DNA of 62,685 bases, filler included, from Deltaproteobacteria bacterium (GTDB lineage Bacteria; JAEEML01): assembly GCA_016283195.1 (NCBI GenBank). It is 6 parts of 6 records of this genome, joined end to end, with 100 filler letters (N's around TTAATTAATTAA, not from the genome) between each part and the next. Parts side by side here need not be neighbours in the genome. Positions count along the whole stretch, not along the records: positions 1 to 13,792 come from JAEEML010000028.1; 5 more parts are not named here. The stretch is one strand, 5' to 3'. Below, in pieces: positions 1 through 10,800 of this stretch. The translations under genes and the position numbers were made by a program. Numbering within the stretch: the first letter of the stretch is position 1; each line of letters starts with the position of its first letter. A model generated the notes under the pieces. The model made no database searches and had not been told where the DNA came from. It worked only from the letters and a program-made list of their open reading frames with translations.

Positions 1-980
1 AGCTCAGCATCAACGGGTATTCTGGCCCAGGTTTTAATGAGATATTTGCCCAAAAGAGCGGCATGATAGCTGGTGCCACAGGCCAAAAAGAGCACTTTGG
101 TGAGATTCTCTTTATTTAAAGCGCTCATAGGCAGATCTTCCAGCCAAATATCATAGCCATTGGCGTTAAGGCGCCCGCGTAGCGTCTCGGTAAGGGCCCG
201 GGGCTGCTCAAAGATCTCCTTGTGCATAAAGTGCCTATGGCCCTCTTTTTGGGCCATTAAGGGCGTCCAGCTGATGTGTTGCACCGGCCGTTTAGCCGGC
301 TCACCGGCAGCATATACCTCTAGCGAGGTGGCTGTTAAGCGGGCTATATCGCCATCTTCCAAAATCACCACCTCTTTAGTGTAATCAAGGAGCGCAGGGA
401 TATCGGAAGCCACCAGCGCCTCGCCCTCCCCCAGGCCGATGACCAGCGGCGAAGCATTGCGGGCCACAATAAGCTCGCCGGGCGCCTCTTTAGCCATAAC
501 GGCTATGGAATATGAGCCTTTGAGCAATTTGGCCGCCGCTTGCACAGCATTTAGCAAGTTGCCGATTTTCTTATATTCTCTGGCAATAAGGTGGGCTATT
601 ACCTCGCTATCGGTCTGGGAAGAAAACTTGTAACCCTGGGCCAAAAGTTCCTCGCGAAGAGTCACATAATTTTCAATAATGCCATTATGCACCACCACCA
701 CGCCACCTGAGGCATGGGGATGAGCATTGGCTTCACTCGGCAGGCCGTGAGTGGCCCAGCGGGTGTGGCCGATGCCTAGGTGACCAAAGAGCGGCTTTTC
801 ATGAAGCGCCGCTGCAAGGGCCGCCAGTTTGCCGGGGCGGCGGGCGATAGCTATTTCGCCTTTATCTAATACCGCAATGCCGGCTGAATCATAGCCGCGA
901 TATTCTAGTAATTTAAGGCCGCTCAAGATAACATCGACCGCCTGGCGTTTCTCGCCTATATAGCCAACAATTCCGCACAT
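1..980 (-). CDS. glmS: Glutamine--fructose-6-phosphate aminotransferase, 5' part (runs off the left edge)
   Basis: Not in the ORF track because it has no stop in the window. Manual translation from ATG at 980 gives MCGIVGYIGEKRQAVDVILSGLKLLEYRGYDSAGIA...GHTRWATHG...NAHPH...HNGIIENY...SQTDSEVIAHL, the class II glutamine amidotransferase signature. GAGG RBS upstream. Confidence 0.97.
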   Translation of the reverse strand, partial: MCGIVGYIGEKRQAVDVILSGLKLLEYRGYDSAGIAVLDKGEIAIARRPGKLAALAAALHEKPLFGHLGIGHTRWATHGLPSEANAHPHASGGVVVVHNGIIENYVTLREELLAQGYKFSSQTDSEVIAHLIAREYKKIGNLLNAVQAAAKLLKGSYSIAVMAKEAPGELIVARNASPLVIGLGEGEALVASDIPALLDYTKEVVILEDGDIARLTATSLEVYAAGEPAKRPVQHISWTPLMAQKEGHRHFMHKEIFEQPRALTETLRGRLNANGYDIWLEDLPMSALNKENLTKVLFLACGTSYHAALLGKYLIKTWARIPVDAE

Positions 981-1049
981 TTTTTCCTCACCCTCACCCC
1001 TGCCCTCTCTTCATTTTAACCAATAGAGAGGGGGGAGATTTGTAATTAT

Positions 1050-2219
1050 TTATTCCTTCTGCCAAAAAGCGGCGTGCAGATATTCTGTCTGCGGCATACC
1101 ATAAAGCACCGGGTGATCCGGGCCGGCCCCGCGCACTTCCAGTAGAGCCATATTATTACGGGCCCGCCGCGCCGCCCGGAATATGGCCGTAAGCAGCATT
1201 TCCTCGGTAAAAAGAGCACTACAGGTGCAGCCCAACAAAATGCCACCCGGTTTTAATACTTTTATGGCTTTAGCCGCCAGGTTGCTAAAGGCATTACTGG
1301 CCTCTTTTAAGGCCCCCTTATTGCGCGCCAGGGCCGGCGGATCCAAAATAACCATATCAAAAGTCTCTTCGCTCCCGGCCAGCTCTTCCAAATAATCAAA
1401 GACATCGGCACAAATTGTTTTAATATTGGTTAGTTTTGAATCCTCGGCATTTTCTTTTAGCTGCGCCAAAGCGCGCTCCGATATATCGACGGCCCACACC
1501 TCGTCACAATTTGGGGCGAGAGCCAGAGCAAAGCCGCCCTCATAAGAAAAGAGGTCAAGAACCCGCCCGGAGGCATAGCGGGCGGCGCGCTCGTGATTTT
1601 CAATTTGGTCCAGATAGCCGCCGCTTTTTTGGCCGTCTAAAAGGTCTATTGTCATCACGCTGCCGCCAAAAGAGCACTTTTCCCGAACCGGTTCGGCTCC
1701 TTTATATAATTCCACCGTGAGCGGCAGCCCCTCTTTGCGCCGAGCCTGCACATCGCCCCGCAAAACAATGGCTTTGGGCTTTAAAAGCTTATCCAAAGTT
1801 TCAAGAATTTCCGGCCGATATTGCTCCATGGCCCAGCTGGTTATTTGGATGGAGAGCGAATCATTATAGCGGTCGACAAAGAGGCCGGGCAGAAAATCGG
1901 CTTCACCGTGAATCAGGCGGTAACTGGTGCGCCCGGGCATAAGGCGCTCCCGGCGCTGAAGAGCCGCCGCTATTTTTTCGGCAAAAAAGGCGCTATCTAT
2001 CGGGCGGTTCTGGCGGCTCAATAGCCTGGCCGTTATTTGCGAATTTTTGTTAAAAAGCGCCAGCCCCAAAAAGGCCCGATTTCGCCCTCTAAGCTGCACC
2101 AAGTGAGTATCTATCTTACTGATATCACTATCAATATCTGAAGCAAAGACCCACAAAAGGCCATTTTCCAGCTGGCGCTCGCCTTTTGGGGAAACAATAA
2201 CGCTTGGCAGTGCTCCCAT
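1050..2219 (-). CDS. RlmI/YccW-like class I SAM-dependent rRNA methyltransferase
   Basis: N-terminal PUA-like WVFASDI, RLIHGEADFLPGLFVDRY, GQKSGGYLDQ, VLDLFSYEGGF and FDMVILDPP motifs. GGAGG precedes the ATG at 2219. Confidence 0.88.
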   Translation of the reverse strand: MGALPSVIVSPKGERQLENGLLWVFASDIDSDISKIDTHLVQLRGRNRAFLGLALFNKNSQITARLLSRQNRPIDSAFFAEKIAAALQRRERLMPGRTSYRLIHGEADFLPGLFVDRYNDSLSIQITSWAMEQYRPEILETLDKLLKPKAIVLRGDVQARRKEGLPLTVELYKGAEPVREKCSFGGSVMTIDLLDGQKSGGYLDQIENHERAARYASGRVLDLFSYEGGFALALAPNCDEVWAVDISERALAQLKENAEDSKLTNIKTICADVFDYLEELAGSEETFDMVILDPPALARNKGALKEASNAFSNLAAKAIKVLKPGGILLGCTCSALFTEEMLLTAIFRAARRARNNMALLEVRGAGPDHPVLYGMPQTEYLHAAFWQKE

Positions 2220-2506
2220 TTTCACCTCCGCCTTGCGGCCTAAGCACGCGGCGGGAGACTAGCACATTCTTGGCCTTGCGGCCAAGGGGGAAGAATGGGC
2301 CAGCAAGTTGATGCCAGGCGTTTTTTGGCGGTGGCAGAAAATTTACTCGAAGCGTTTTCCCCGGCTCATTTTCGCTCTATTGCAATAAAATGCGGGTTTC
2401 CGCACTTTTCTGCAATAGGTTGCCTATCCTGCGAGCCAAACGGGACAGCCGGTTTCTAATGGCACCGGCTATGGTCATTTCCCCCTTGCCGGCCGTGCTA
2501 TTTATT

Positions 2507-2535
2507 TTGTCCTTATTCGTCTTTTATGCTATAAT
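2507..2535 (+). promoter_or_regulatory. Sigma70-type promoter for the FISUMP lipoprotein gene
   Basis: TTGTCC (2507-2512), 17-nt spacer, TATAAT (2530-2535) with an extended -10 TG at 2527-2528. It ends 43 nt upstream of the ATG. Confidence 0.7.
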
Positions 2536-2577
2536 GGCGCCTGGTTTTATGCGCATAGGCGCTTTGGAGTTTATTAT

Positions 2578-3762
2578 ATGAAAAGATTAAAAATATTTTT
2601 TGCCATAACTGCCTGCCTGTTTTTTGGAGCTTGCAGTGGCACCGATATCCAGGGGCCGCAAGGCGAAAAAGGTGAACCCGGCGAAAAAGACGCCAGCTGT
2701 TCGGTTAAAACCAACGCCGACGGCACAGGCACCATAATTTGCCCCGATGGCAGCAGTTTTACCATTATGAGTGGCCATAATGGCGATGCCGGCAGTGACA
2801 GCCTGCCCGACCTTAACTGCTATGTGGCAAAAAATGATGATGGTTCTGCCACAGTTTTTTGCCCCGCCGATGGTAGCAGCTTTACCATTACTAATGGCAA
2901 AGATGGCGACGCCGGTAGCGACGGCCTGCCCGGCCTTAGCTGCTATGTTGTCACCAATGATGACGGTTCCGGCATGGTTTTTTGCCCCGCTGATGGTTCT
3001 TCTTATGTGATTAACAGCGGCAACAATAACAACACTTATTTGGAAGGTTGTGCCACCGGCTATTACGGAGAACATTGTGAGTGGGAATGCCCACGCAATA
3101 ATGGTCTTTATTGTTACGGCTTTGGCAAGTGCTATGATGGTAAAGAGGGGCTGGGTTGCATGTGCGATCAAGATTGGCTAACTACTGATTGCCACGTCAT
3201 AAAACCCGATTTTGGTCTTTTAACTGATAATCGCGGCGAAAAAGAAATAACCTATAAGACTGTACAAATCGGTAATAAAGAATGGATGGCTGAAAATCTG
3301 CGCTATGCCAAAGGCGAGAGAGGAACCGACTATTTTTCGGCCGATGGTAATAGTGAAAATGATGCACAATATGGCTATTATTATACATGGGATGCGGCAA
3401 CAGATGCCTGTCCCAGCGGCTGGCGCCTACCCAGCAAAGATGATTTTGAAGAATTATTAAAAACCGTAGAATTTACCAAAAACAGTGATTCAGCCTTTCT
3501 GGCTCTTATAGCTAATAGCCCGGCCTGGATTAATTACAGCAACGAGGGCGGCGATGATTTTGGCTTTAATGTCCTCCCGGCCGGCGCTTATCTTTCCGGA
3601 ACTTATACCAAATTGGGGATTTACGCCTCTTTCTGGGCAAGCACGGATGGTGGTAGTAGCTTGCGGGCATACCACGCGAACTTCAACAATGAAGAGATAA
3701 GTGTAAAGCTTTACAGCAAGGTAAGCGGTTTTTCTGTGCGCTGTCTTCGGGATATTCCCTAA
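2578..3762 (+). CDS. Lipoprotein with collagen-like stub, three Cys-containing repeats, EGF-like segment and C-terminal FISUMP domain
   Basis: Lipobox-like FFGAC; GPQGEKGEPGEK; FISUMP motifs YKTVQIGNKEWMAENLRY, YGYYYTW, CPSGWRLPS, GFNVLPAG, ASFWAST, GFSVRCLRD. Confidence 0.85.
   Translation: MKRLKIFFAITACLFFGACSGTDIQGPQGEKGEPGEKDASCSVKTNADGTGTIICPDGSSFTIMSGHNGDAGSDSLPDLNCYVAKNDDGSATVFCPADGSSFTITNGKDGDAGSDGLPGLSCYVVTNDDGSGMVFCPADGSSYVINSGNNNNTYLEGCATGYYGEHCEWECPRNNGLYCYGFGKCYDGKEGLGCMCDQDWLTTDCHVIKPDFGLLTDNRGEKEITYKTVQIGNKEWMAENLRYAKGERGTDYFSADGNSENDAQYGYYYTWDAATDACPSGWRLPSKDDFEELLKTVEFTKNSDSAFLALIANSPAWINYSNEGGDDFGFNVLPAGAYLSGTYTKLGIYASFWASTDGGSSLRAYHANFNNEEISVKLYSKVSGFSVRCLRDIP
2698..3021 (+). 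repeat. Three tandem ~40-41 codon repeats (C-x-V-x-x-N-x-D-G...C-P-(A)-D-G-S-S-F/Y)
   Basis: Units begin at 2698, 2818 and 2941 and share nucleotide blocks such as tttgccccg(ccg)atgg(c/t)agcag(t/c)tttaccatta. Confidence 0.85.
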
Positions 3763-4268
3763 GAGTTCATATAGTTCATCAGTTCGGCATAACTATCGGC
3801 CATAACAACGCGCCTGTCGCATGCCCCTACCTTGATGAGCCCCAGCCAGAGCGCATTTTGGGGAATCACTTCCGGCAAAAGATCTGCCCACTCCACTAAA
3901 GTGATGGTATCTTTATCAAAATATTCTTCACAGCCCAGAGCGTAAAAATCATCGCTGGTTTTCAGGCGGTAAAGGTCAAGATGGGCCACCCGCGGCGTAG
4001 TGGGGTAAACATTGGCAATGGTGTAAGTGGGACTGGTGACAAAATAATCATAATCGGCCGTCATTTTTTCCATTATAAGGCGCACCAGATTACTCTTGCC
4101 GGCACCCAGTTCGCCCACCAGAGCCACAGTATCACCGGCTTGCAAAATATTCGCCACCTCACGGCCGAATCTGGTCATACTGGACATACCACGGCGCACT
4201 ATGTTTTGCGGCAGCGGGCCAAATCTCGCCCCCATCCTGATACTCAATTTAGCGTCATGTAAATACAT
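3759..4268 (-). CDS. tsaE: tRNA threonylcarbamoyladenosine biosynthesis ATPase
   Basis: GELGAGKS Walker A, VTSPTYTIANVY, HLDLYRL and VEWAD motifs. Confidence 0.93.
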   Translation of the reverse strand: MYLHDAKLSIRMGARFGPLPQNIVRRGMSSMTRFGREVANILQAGDTVALVGELGAGKSNLVRLIMEKMTADYDYFVTSPTYTIANVYPTTPRVAHLDLYRLKTSDDFYALGCEEYFDKDTITLVEWADLLPEVIPQNALWLGLIKVGACDRRVVMADSYAELMNYMNS

Positions 4269-4269
4269 T

Positions 4270-4773
4270 TTAGCGCTCTTTACCGGCGGCGTCCTGATAT
4301 TGTTTGGCCAAGTTGGCCGCCAAATTCTCGGCTTCTTTATGACCAGGTGCTAATTTAAAGAGTTCGGTAAGCTGTTTTTGCGCTTTACCCACCTGCCCCA
4401 GAGCCGCGTAGTCACTAGCCAGTTCCAACAAAATATTCACCCGCGCTTCGTCGGAGAGATTGGAGCGCTCCAAAAGGCATGAGTGCAACTTAATGGCCCG
4501 GCCATATTCGCCCTGCTGCCGAAAGAAGACCCCAAATTGAATATAGCCCTCCAGGGGCTCCTGCTCATTTTTCACCTGGCGGGTGAGCAAATTATCAAAA
4601 GCGCGATCTTCGCTGGTAAAGAGAAGTTTGTGCGCCCCGCGTCTGATAACGGCATCGCGCCGCCGCTCTTTGCGCCTGGCCCGAAAATCCCTTATCGTGG
4701 CCACTAAAAAGCCCAGCGACACACCCAGCAAAATACAGCTGGTGGCCAGTATTAAAAGAGCGGTTTTACTCAT
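4270..4773 (-). CDS. Membrane-anchored TPR protein, LapB(YciM) N-terminal-like, short
   Basis: N-terminal TM helix followed by a basic stretch. GVFFRQQGEYGRAIKLHSCLL...LLELASDY resembles the first LapB TPRs. No C-terminal rubredoxin CxxC pairs. Confidence 0.6.
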   Translation of the reverse strand: MSKTALLILATSCILLGVSLGFLVATIRDFRARRKERRRDAVIRRGAHKLLFTSEDRAFDNLLTRQVKNEQEPLEGYIQFGVFFRQQGEYGRAIKLHSCLLERSNLSDEARVNILLELASDYAALGQVGKAQKQLTELFKLAPGHKEAENLAANLAKQYQDAAGKER

Positions 4774-5270
4774 TTAGCCAGCTTATCAAAGAGCGGCTTA
4801 AGGTGAGAATAAGTGGCCTCAAGGCTCTCGGAAATCACCCTTACATCGCCCAAAACCGGCATAAAATTGGTATCGCCGTTCCAACGCGGCACAATGTGGT
4901 AATGGCAGTGCGCGGCAATGCCCGCTCCGGCCACTTGGCCCAAGTTCATGCCAATGTTAAAGCCTTCGGGGTGAAAAAAGTCGTTAAGCACATCAAGAGT
5001 GCGGTAAAGAAGGCGATGGAGATCGTCTTGCTCGGCGGCGCTGAGTTTGGCCGGCGAATTCACATGCTCAAAGGGAATCACCATTAAATGCCCATTATTA
5101 TAAGGGTATTTATTCATAATCACAAATGAGTATTCGCTCCTGGCCAAAATCAGATGCTTGTCATCATCAGCTGCTGCCGGAAAGTCGCAAAAGATGCAGC
5201 CTTTAGGCTTTTCTTCCTTTACGGCCTCGCTAATGTAAGCCATACGCCATGGGGCCCAGATTCTCTCCAT
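4770..5270 (-). CDS. HIT-family hydrolase (Ap4A hydrolase/phosphorylase-like)
   Basis: WAPWRMAYI, CIFC, NKYPYNNGHLMV, GFNIGMNLG and HCHYHIVPRW (histidine triad) motifs. Confidence 0.92.
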   Translation of the reverse strand: MERIWAPWRMAYISEAVKEEKPKGCIFCDFPAAADDDKHLILARSEYSFVIMNKYPYNNGHLMVIPFEHVNSPAKLSAAEQDDLHRLLYRTLDVLNDFFHPEGFNIGMNLGQVAGAGIAAHCHYHIVPRWNGDTNFMPVLGDVRVISESLEATYSHLKPLFDKLAK

Positions 5271-5292
5271 CGCCTACTCCCGTTTTAAAAAA

Positions 5293-6519
5293 TTAGGCGT
5301 CTAAAATAGCCACTGCCGGCAGAGTTTTGCCCTCAAACATCTCAAGAGCCGCCCCGCCGCCGGTGGAAACATGGGTAACTTTGCTGTCAAAGCCCATTTG
5401 GCGCACAGCCGCGGCAGAATCACCGCCGCCCACGATGGTCATAGCGCCTTTAGCCGTAATATCGGCAAAGATTTTGGCAATTTCCAGAGTGCCTTGCGCC
5501 AGGTCTGGAATCTCAAAAACGCCCATCGGGCCATTCCACATGGTGCATTTGGCCGAAGCAAGCTCTTTGCGGAAGAGTTCGCGGGTCTTGGGGCCGATAT
5601 CCACGCCTTCCCAGCCATCTTCCAGGTGATCGGTCACCTTTAATTCGGCAAAGGCGCGTTTATCAAAATCAAAGCCTTTGACAGCCACAAAATCTATCGG
5701 GAAGATAATCTTCTTGCCCTTAGATTCGGCGAGAGCCAAAATCTCTTTGGCAATAGCCTGAATGTCTTTGACATTGCCTTTTTTATCGGTCACTTTGTCT
5801 TCAAAACGGGAAGAGCCAATCTCTTTGCCCTGGGCTTTCATAAAAGTATAAGCCATAGCGCCGCCGATTAAAACTTCATCAACCAGATTCAAAAGATTCT
5901 TAATAACGGCAATTTTATCCGACACTTTGGCTCCGCCCAAAACAGCAATAAAGGGGCGCGGCGGATCTTTTAAGGCTTTGCCAATAACTTCCACCTCTTT
6001 TTTCACCAAATAGCCGGCAGCCGCCTGGCCCAGCACCTTGGGCACACCGGTCATGGAAGCGGCGTCGCGGTGCGAGGTACCAAAAGCGTCATTGACATAA
6101 AGGTCGGCCATTTTGGCCAGTTTAGCGGCAAAGTCGGGGTCGTTTTTGGCTTCGCCTTTATAAAAGCGCAGGTTCTCGAGAAGTGCCACCTGGCCGTTTT
6201 TCAGGCTATTAACAGCTGCTTCGGCTTCATCGCCAATGCAATCTTTCACAAAAACCACCTCTTGCCCCAAAAGCTTGGAGAGGAGGTCAGCCACCGGCTT
6301 TAAAGTGAATTTGGCTTCATAGCCATTCTCGGCCGGCCGGCCAAGGTGCGAGGCCAAAACAACTTTAGCGCCACTGGCAATAGCTTTTTTAATGGTGGGC
6401 AGAGCCGACTGCACACGAAAATCATCAGTAATAACGCCATCTTTCATCGGCACGTTAAAATCGCAGCGGATAAAAAGACGCTTACCGTTCATATTAAGAT
6501 CATCAATACTTTTAACCAT
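5293..6519 (-). CDS. pgk: Phosphoglycerate kinase
   Basis: RCDFNVP, SHLGRP, LLENLRF, VNDAFGTSHR, GGAKVSDKI, WNGPMGVFE, GGGDS and HVSTGGGA motifs. Confidence 0.98.
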   Translation of the reverse strand: MVKSIDDLNMNGKRLFIRCDFNVPMKDGVITDDFRVQSALPTIKKAIASGAKVVLASHLGRPAENGYEAKFTLKPVADLLSKLLGQEVVFVKDCIGDEAEAAVNSLKNGQVALLENLRFYKGEAKNDPDFAAKLAKMADLYVNDAFGTSHRDAASMTGVPKVLGQAAAGYLVKKEVEVIGKALKDPPRPFIAVLGGAKVSDKIAVIKNLLNLVDEVLIGGAMAYTFMKAQGKEIGSSRFEDKVTDKKGNVKDIQAIAKEILALAESKGKKIIFPIDFVAVKGFDFDKRAFAELKVTDHLEDGWEGVDIGPKTRELFRKELASAKCTMWNGPMGVFEIPDLAQGTLEIAKIFADITAKGAMTIVGGGDSAAAVRQMGFDSKVTHVSTGGGAALEMFEGKTLPAVAILDA

Positions 6520-6579
6520 AGGAAATACCTCGAATAAGATAAGTTGGAAGGATAAAGGAACTAATAGTTCAAAATAAAA

Positions 6580-7641
<1,062 letters not shown>

Positions 7642-7873
7642 CTATTTTTCCTCCAAAAGGTTATTAAGGCGAACTTCTTTTGATCGCCGCCCAGCCATTA
7701 GCACTTTTGCAAACGGAATGCAAGGGGAAATTAAGCGCAGATTTCAGGCGGCCTATAAAATAATTGTCCGCCTCCGGGCTATTTCATTTTTTCTCTTTTA
7801 GTGCTAAAAGCGCACTCGGCAAACAGGCTCAAGAGGCGGTTATTAGCCCTCATTTGAGCCCAGGAGGAAAGTT

Positions 7874-10800
7874 ATGCGCAATTTAAAAAACGGAGCGCTC
7901 ATTTTAGCTATGCTGCTTAGTGCCTGTAACGGCGGCAGTAACAGGTCCGCCACTTTACAAAACAGTTTCCAAATCACTCTACCAAAATTAAACAGCGGCG
8001 AAGAGCTGGAATACATCAATATCAGTGCAAAAAATGCCGATAGCGGCGATACGATAACCGACTTTACCTGCCAAAAAGACAAGTGTAGCGTGCTAGAGCA
8101 AGATGCCACCGGCTATAAGATTTCCTTTGATACCGCCGGGCAAAAATGCCAGGTAGCTGTTTCGGCCGTAACAGCCATCCAAGATGGGGGCGACGGAGTT
8201 ACCGACGCCATTTATGCCTTTAGCGGCGAAAGCAGCGAACCTTGCGTGCCGGGCCAGTTATGCGATGTGGCTATAACCGGGCGCAGCAAAGTCATCCGCG
8301 CTTATCCGCGCTTTAGAGCCCTGGCCGATGAAGCCGGCAGTGGCAAAAAAGCCAATTTCAAAGCAGCTTCAAACGAGCAGGTAGGCAGCGAAGATATCAC
8401 AGAAGAGCCTGGCAATGCCGAAGATATTTCTGCCGATAATACCTCCGGTGCCCAGCTGATTATCACCTTGCCGGTAGCCGGCCCGGGCGGGAGCAAAATT
8501 CCGCTATCTCTGCCTTTTGCCGCCAAAATAGAAGATAGCCACCTGAGCTGGGATGCCATTCTCCCGCGCGAAGTAGCTATGCGCGTCAGTGTCGAGATAG
8601 ACAACAAGAAAGCTTATATAGTCAAAAATGATGGCAACAATAACGATAGCGCCAGCGATATTCATTGCACCGATTTGCTCATAAGTGACAGTTCTCTAAA
8701 TGAGAGTGAGCTAAATGAGGTGGCACAGCTTCTCGGCCTGGAGAATAAAGATCCCAATTGCACAATCTCACTTAATGAATTTTCCAGCTTTGGCCCCTGC
8801 CTGGAACTCGCCCCCATTAGCGGCTGCCTGCTAAGTAATGACCAAATAAGCGCTCTGCCTCTTACCCGGGATGCCTGGGAACTCTGCACCGATAACGCAG
8901 CTTATTTTAAAGATATTTTGCAAAAATACGCTGAAGATGACGAGTTTAAAAAGCTCAAAAATTTCCGCGGCTTGCCTGATTGGAAGGTCAGCGGCATTTT
9001 GCATAAGCAAGAACGCGGCGCCAATATCAGCTGCCACTATTCGCTGAACATAGATGCTAACGGCCTTACCGATTATCTGCTCTATCCACCAAAGCACGCT
9101 CTGGAAAAAGCTATAAGCACCAAGGTGCAAAATGTGGTGCAGCAAATTTTAGCCGCCGATGATGGCTTTTACATCTTGGAAGATGCCTTCTCCGATATAA
9201 GCAATATGTTGGAAAAAGACTCAAACATGGTGGAATATCTGGGCACCAGGATAATAAAAATACCGCTCGTAACACAAACCGACGGCAGTACGGAAATTGA
9301 TTTTGCCGCCACCGGCGTGGTGCTTGATAATGCCGCCCTCGAAGACAAAAGCGAAATACATGACCCACTCAAGTTGCGCCGCCTTGATCTGATAGGCGGC
9401 TCTGTCGGTCTGCTTTATGAGAATAATTGCACAAATGAAACTACCGACGATGCAACCAATATCAGCTGCAAATACATTCCTTTAAGCGGGAACGACAAAG
9501 GCAATTTCGTTAATATAAATTTCAATGAAGATAGCGATAGTAATAGCGATTTTGGGACACTTGGGCTTACAAATACCATCATGGCCGCTATTCGCGGTGA
9601 GGAGTCCCCAATACCAACAACCAGTTTTTCTACTGTGCTTGGCAAAATTTTCAATGGCGGCATATTTGGTTCCATTTTTGGCAATAATAACGGCATGACG
9701 TCAGGGCCCACTGAACCGCCGGAATTTTTGCAGGATTTTAATAACTTACAAGGTAATTTCAATTTGCTTAACTTTGGTAACAAAGGACTTATTCTGACTA
9801 ATGACCACGCCGTACATCAAATTGGTAACGACGGACAAGAACGCAGCATTACTTTTGCCCAATATAGCTGTGAAGGAAACGAGGAGTATGAAGCCTCTTT
9901 CGACAATGTAGTTATTGGTCCGGATGGCTTTGCCTATGCTGCCGACTTTTTGGGCAATACCATTTGGCGCTCGCAGGAAAGTATTTTTGCTGAGCCTGTA
10001 GCTCCCGAAGGAGAGGAAGAGGAAGAAGAAAACCGCTGCCTGGCAATGGAACCATTTATAGAGAATCTTATTGAACCATACTCTCTGGCTATTAAAAACG
10101 GCTTAATGCTGGTAGCCAGTTCGGCGCTTACTGGCAATTTTCTAACAATTGATACTGAGAGCAAAGTAGTAAATAAGCTTAATGAAATCAAACAGTCGGC
10201 AACTGAAAATGTGCTCGTTAATCCCACTTCCCTCCTTTTGCAGCCCAATAACCGCCTTTTGATTGCCGATACCACGCTGGGAGTGGTGAAGCAGGTAAGC
10301 GTGGATAACGGTGAGCTCACCAAAACTGTGGGCAGTGTTTTGGCTCCGCGTCTTAACGGCTCGGAAGCTAAAGCAAGTGAAGTTAACCTGGGCGAGATTG
10401 TGGATATAAAAGCAGCTAGCGGCGATGATTTTTACCTGGGCACAATGCTAAATTATCGGTATGTTTTCGATCGCAGTATTTACGCTCCGCGATCACTTAT
10501 TTATGAGTATCAAAGCTCCAGCGAATCGCTTAAACCAGTGGCCGGTAATACTGATGGTTATACAGATATAACTAAATATGCAGATTATCGCTGGGAAATC
10601 GAAGCTGATAGTATTAATCCAAAAGCCAAAGAGCTCATCATAAATCGCCCGCTCTTTAAGCTGCCGCTAATTAATGATTTGTCGGCTTCTGATAATGATA
10701 ATGAATATTACGGCTATATTCCCAATGAAAAAAGAGAGTGGCGCAACACTCATATTTCTCTGGCCCATTTGCAGGGTGAAGCCTTCTTTGATACCTCTCC

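Noticed and set aside
160-633. Plus-strand ORFs 160-384 and 439-633 (and the many similar short ORFs in the track)
   Set aside because: They are antisense or alternative-frame shadows of well-supported genes (here glmS).
981-1049. glmS ribozyme
   Set aside because: Only 69 nt lie between the upstream stop and the glmS start, too short, and no recognisable ribozyme core.
7698-7724. CIRCE-like element TTAGCACTT-N9-GAATGCAAG upstream of gap
   Set aside because: Four mismatches to the consensus, three of them in one arm. It also reads as an ordinary TTGCAT promoter on the minus strand, and gap is not a typical HrcA target.
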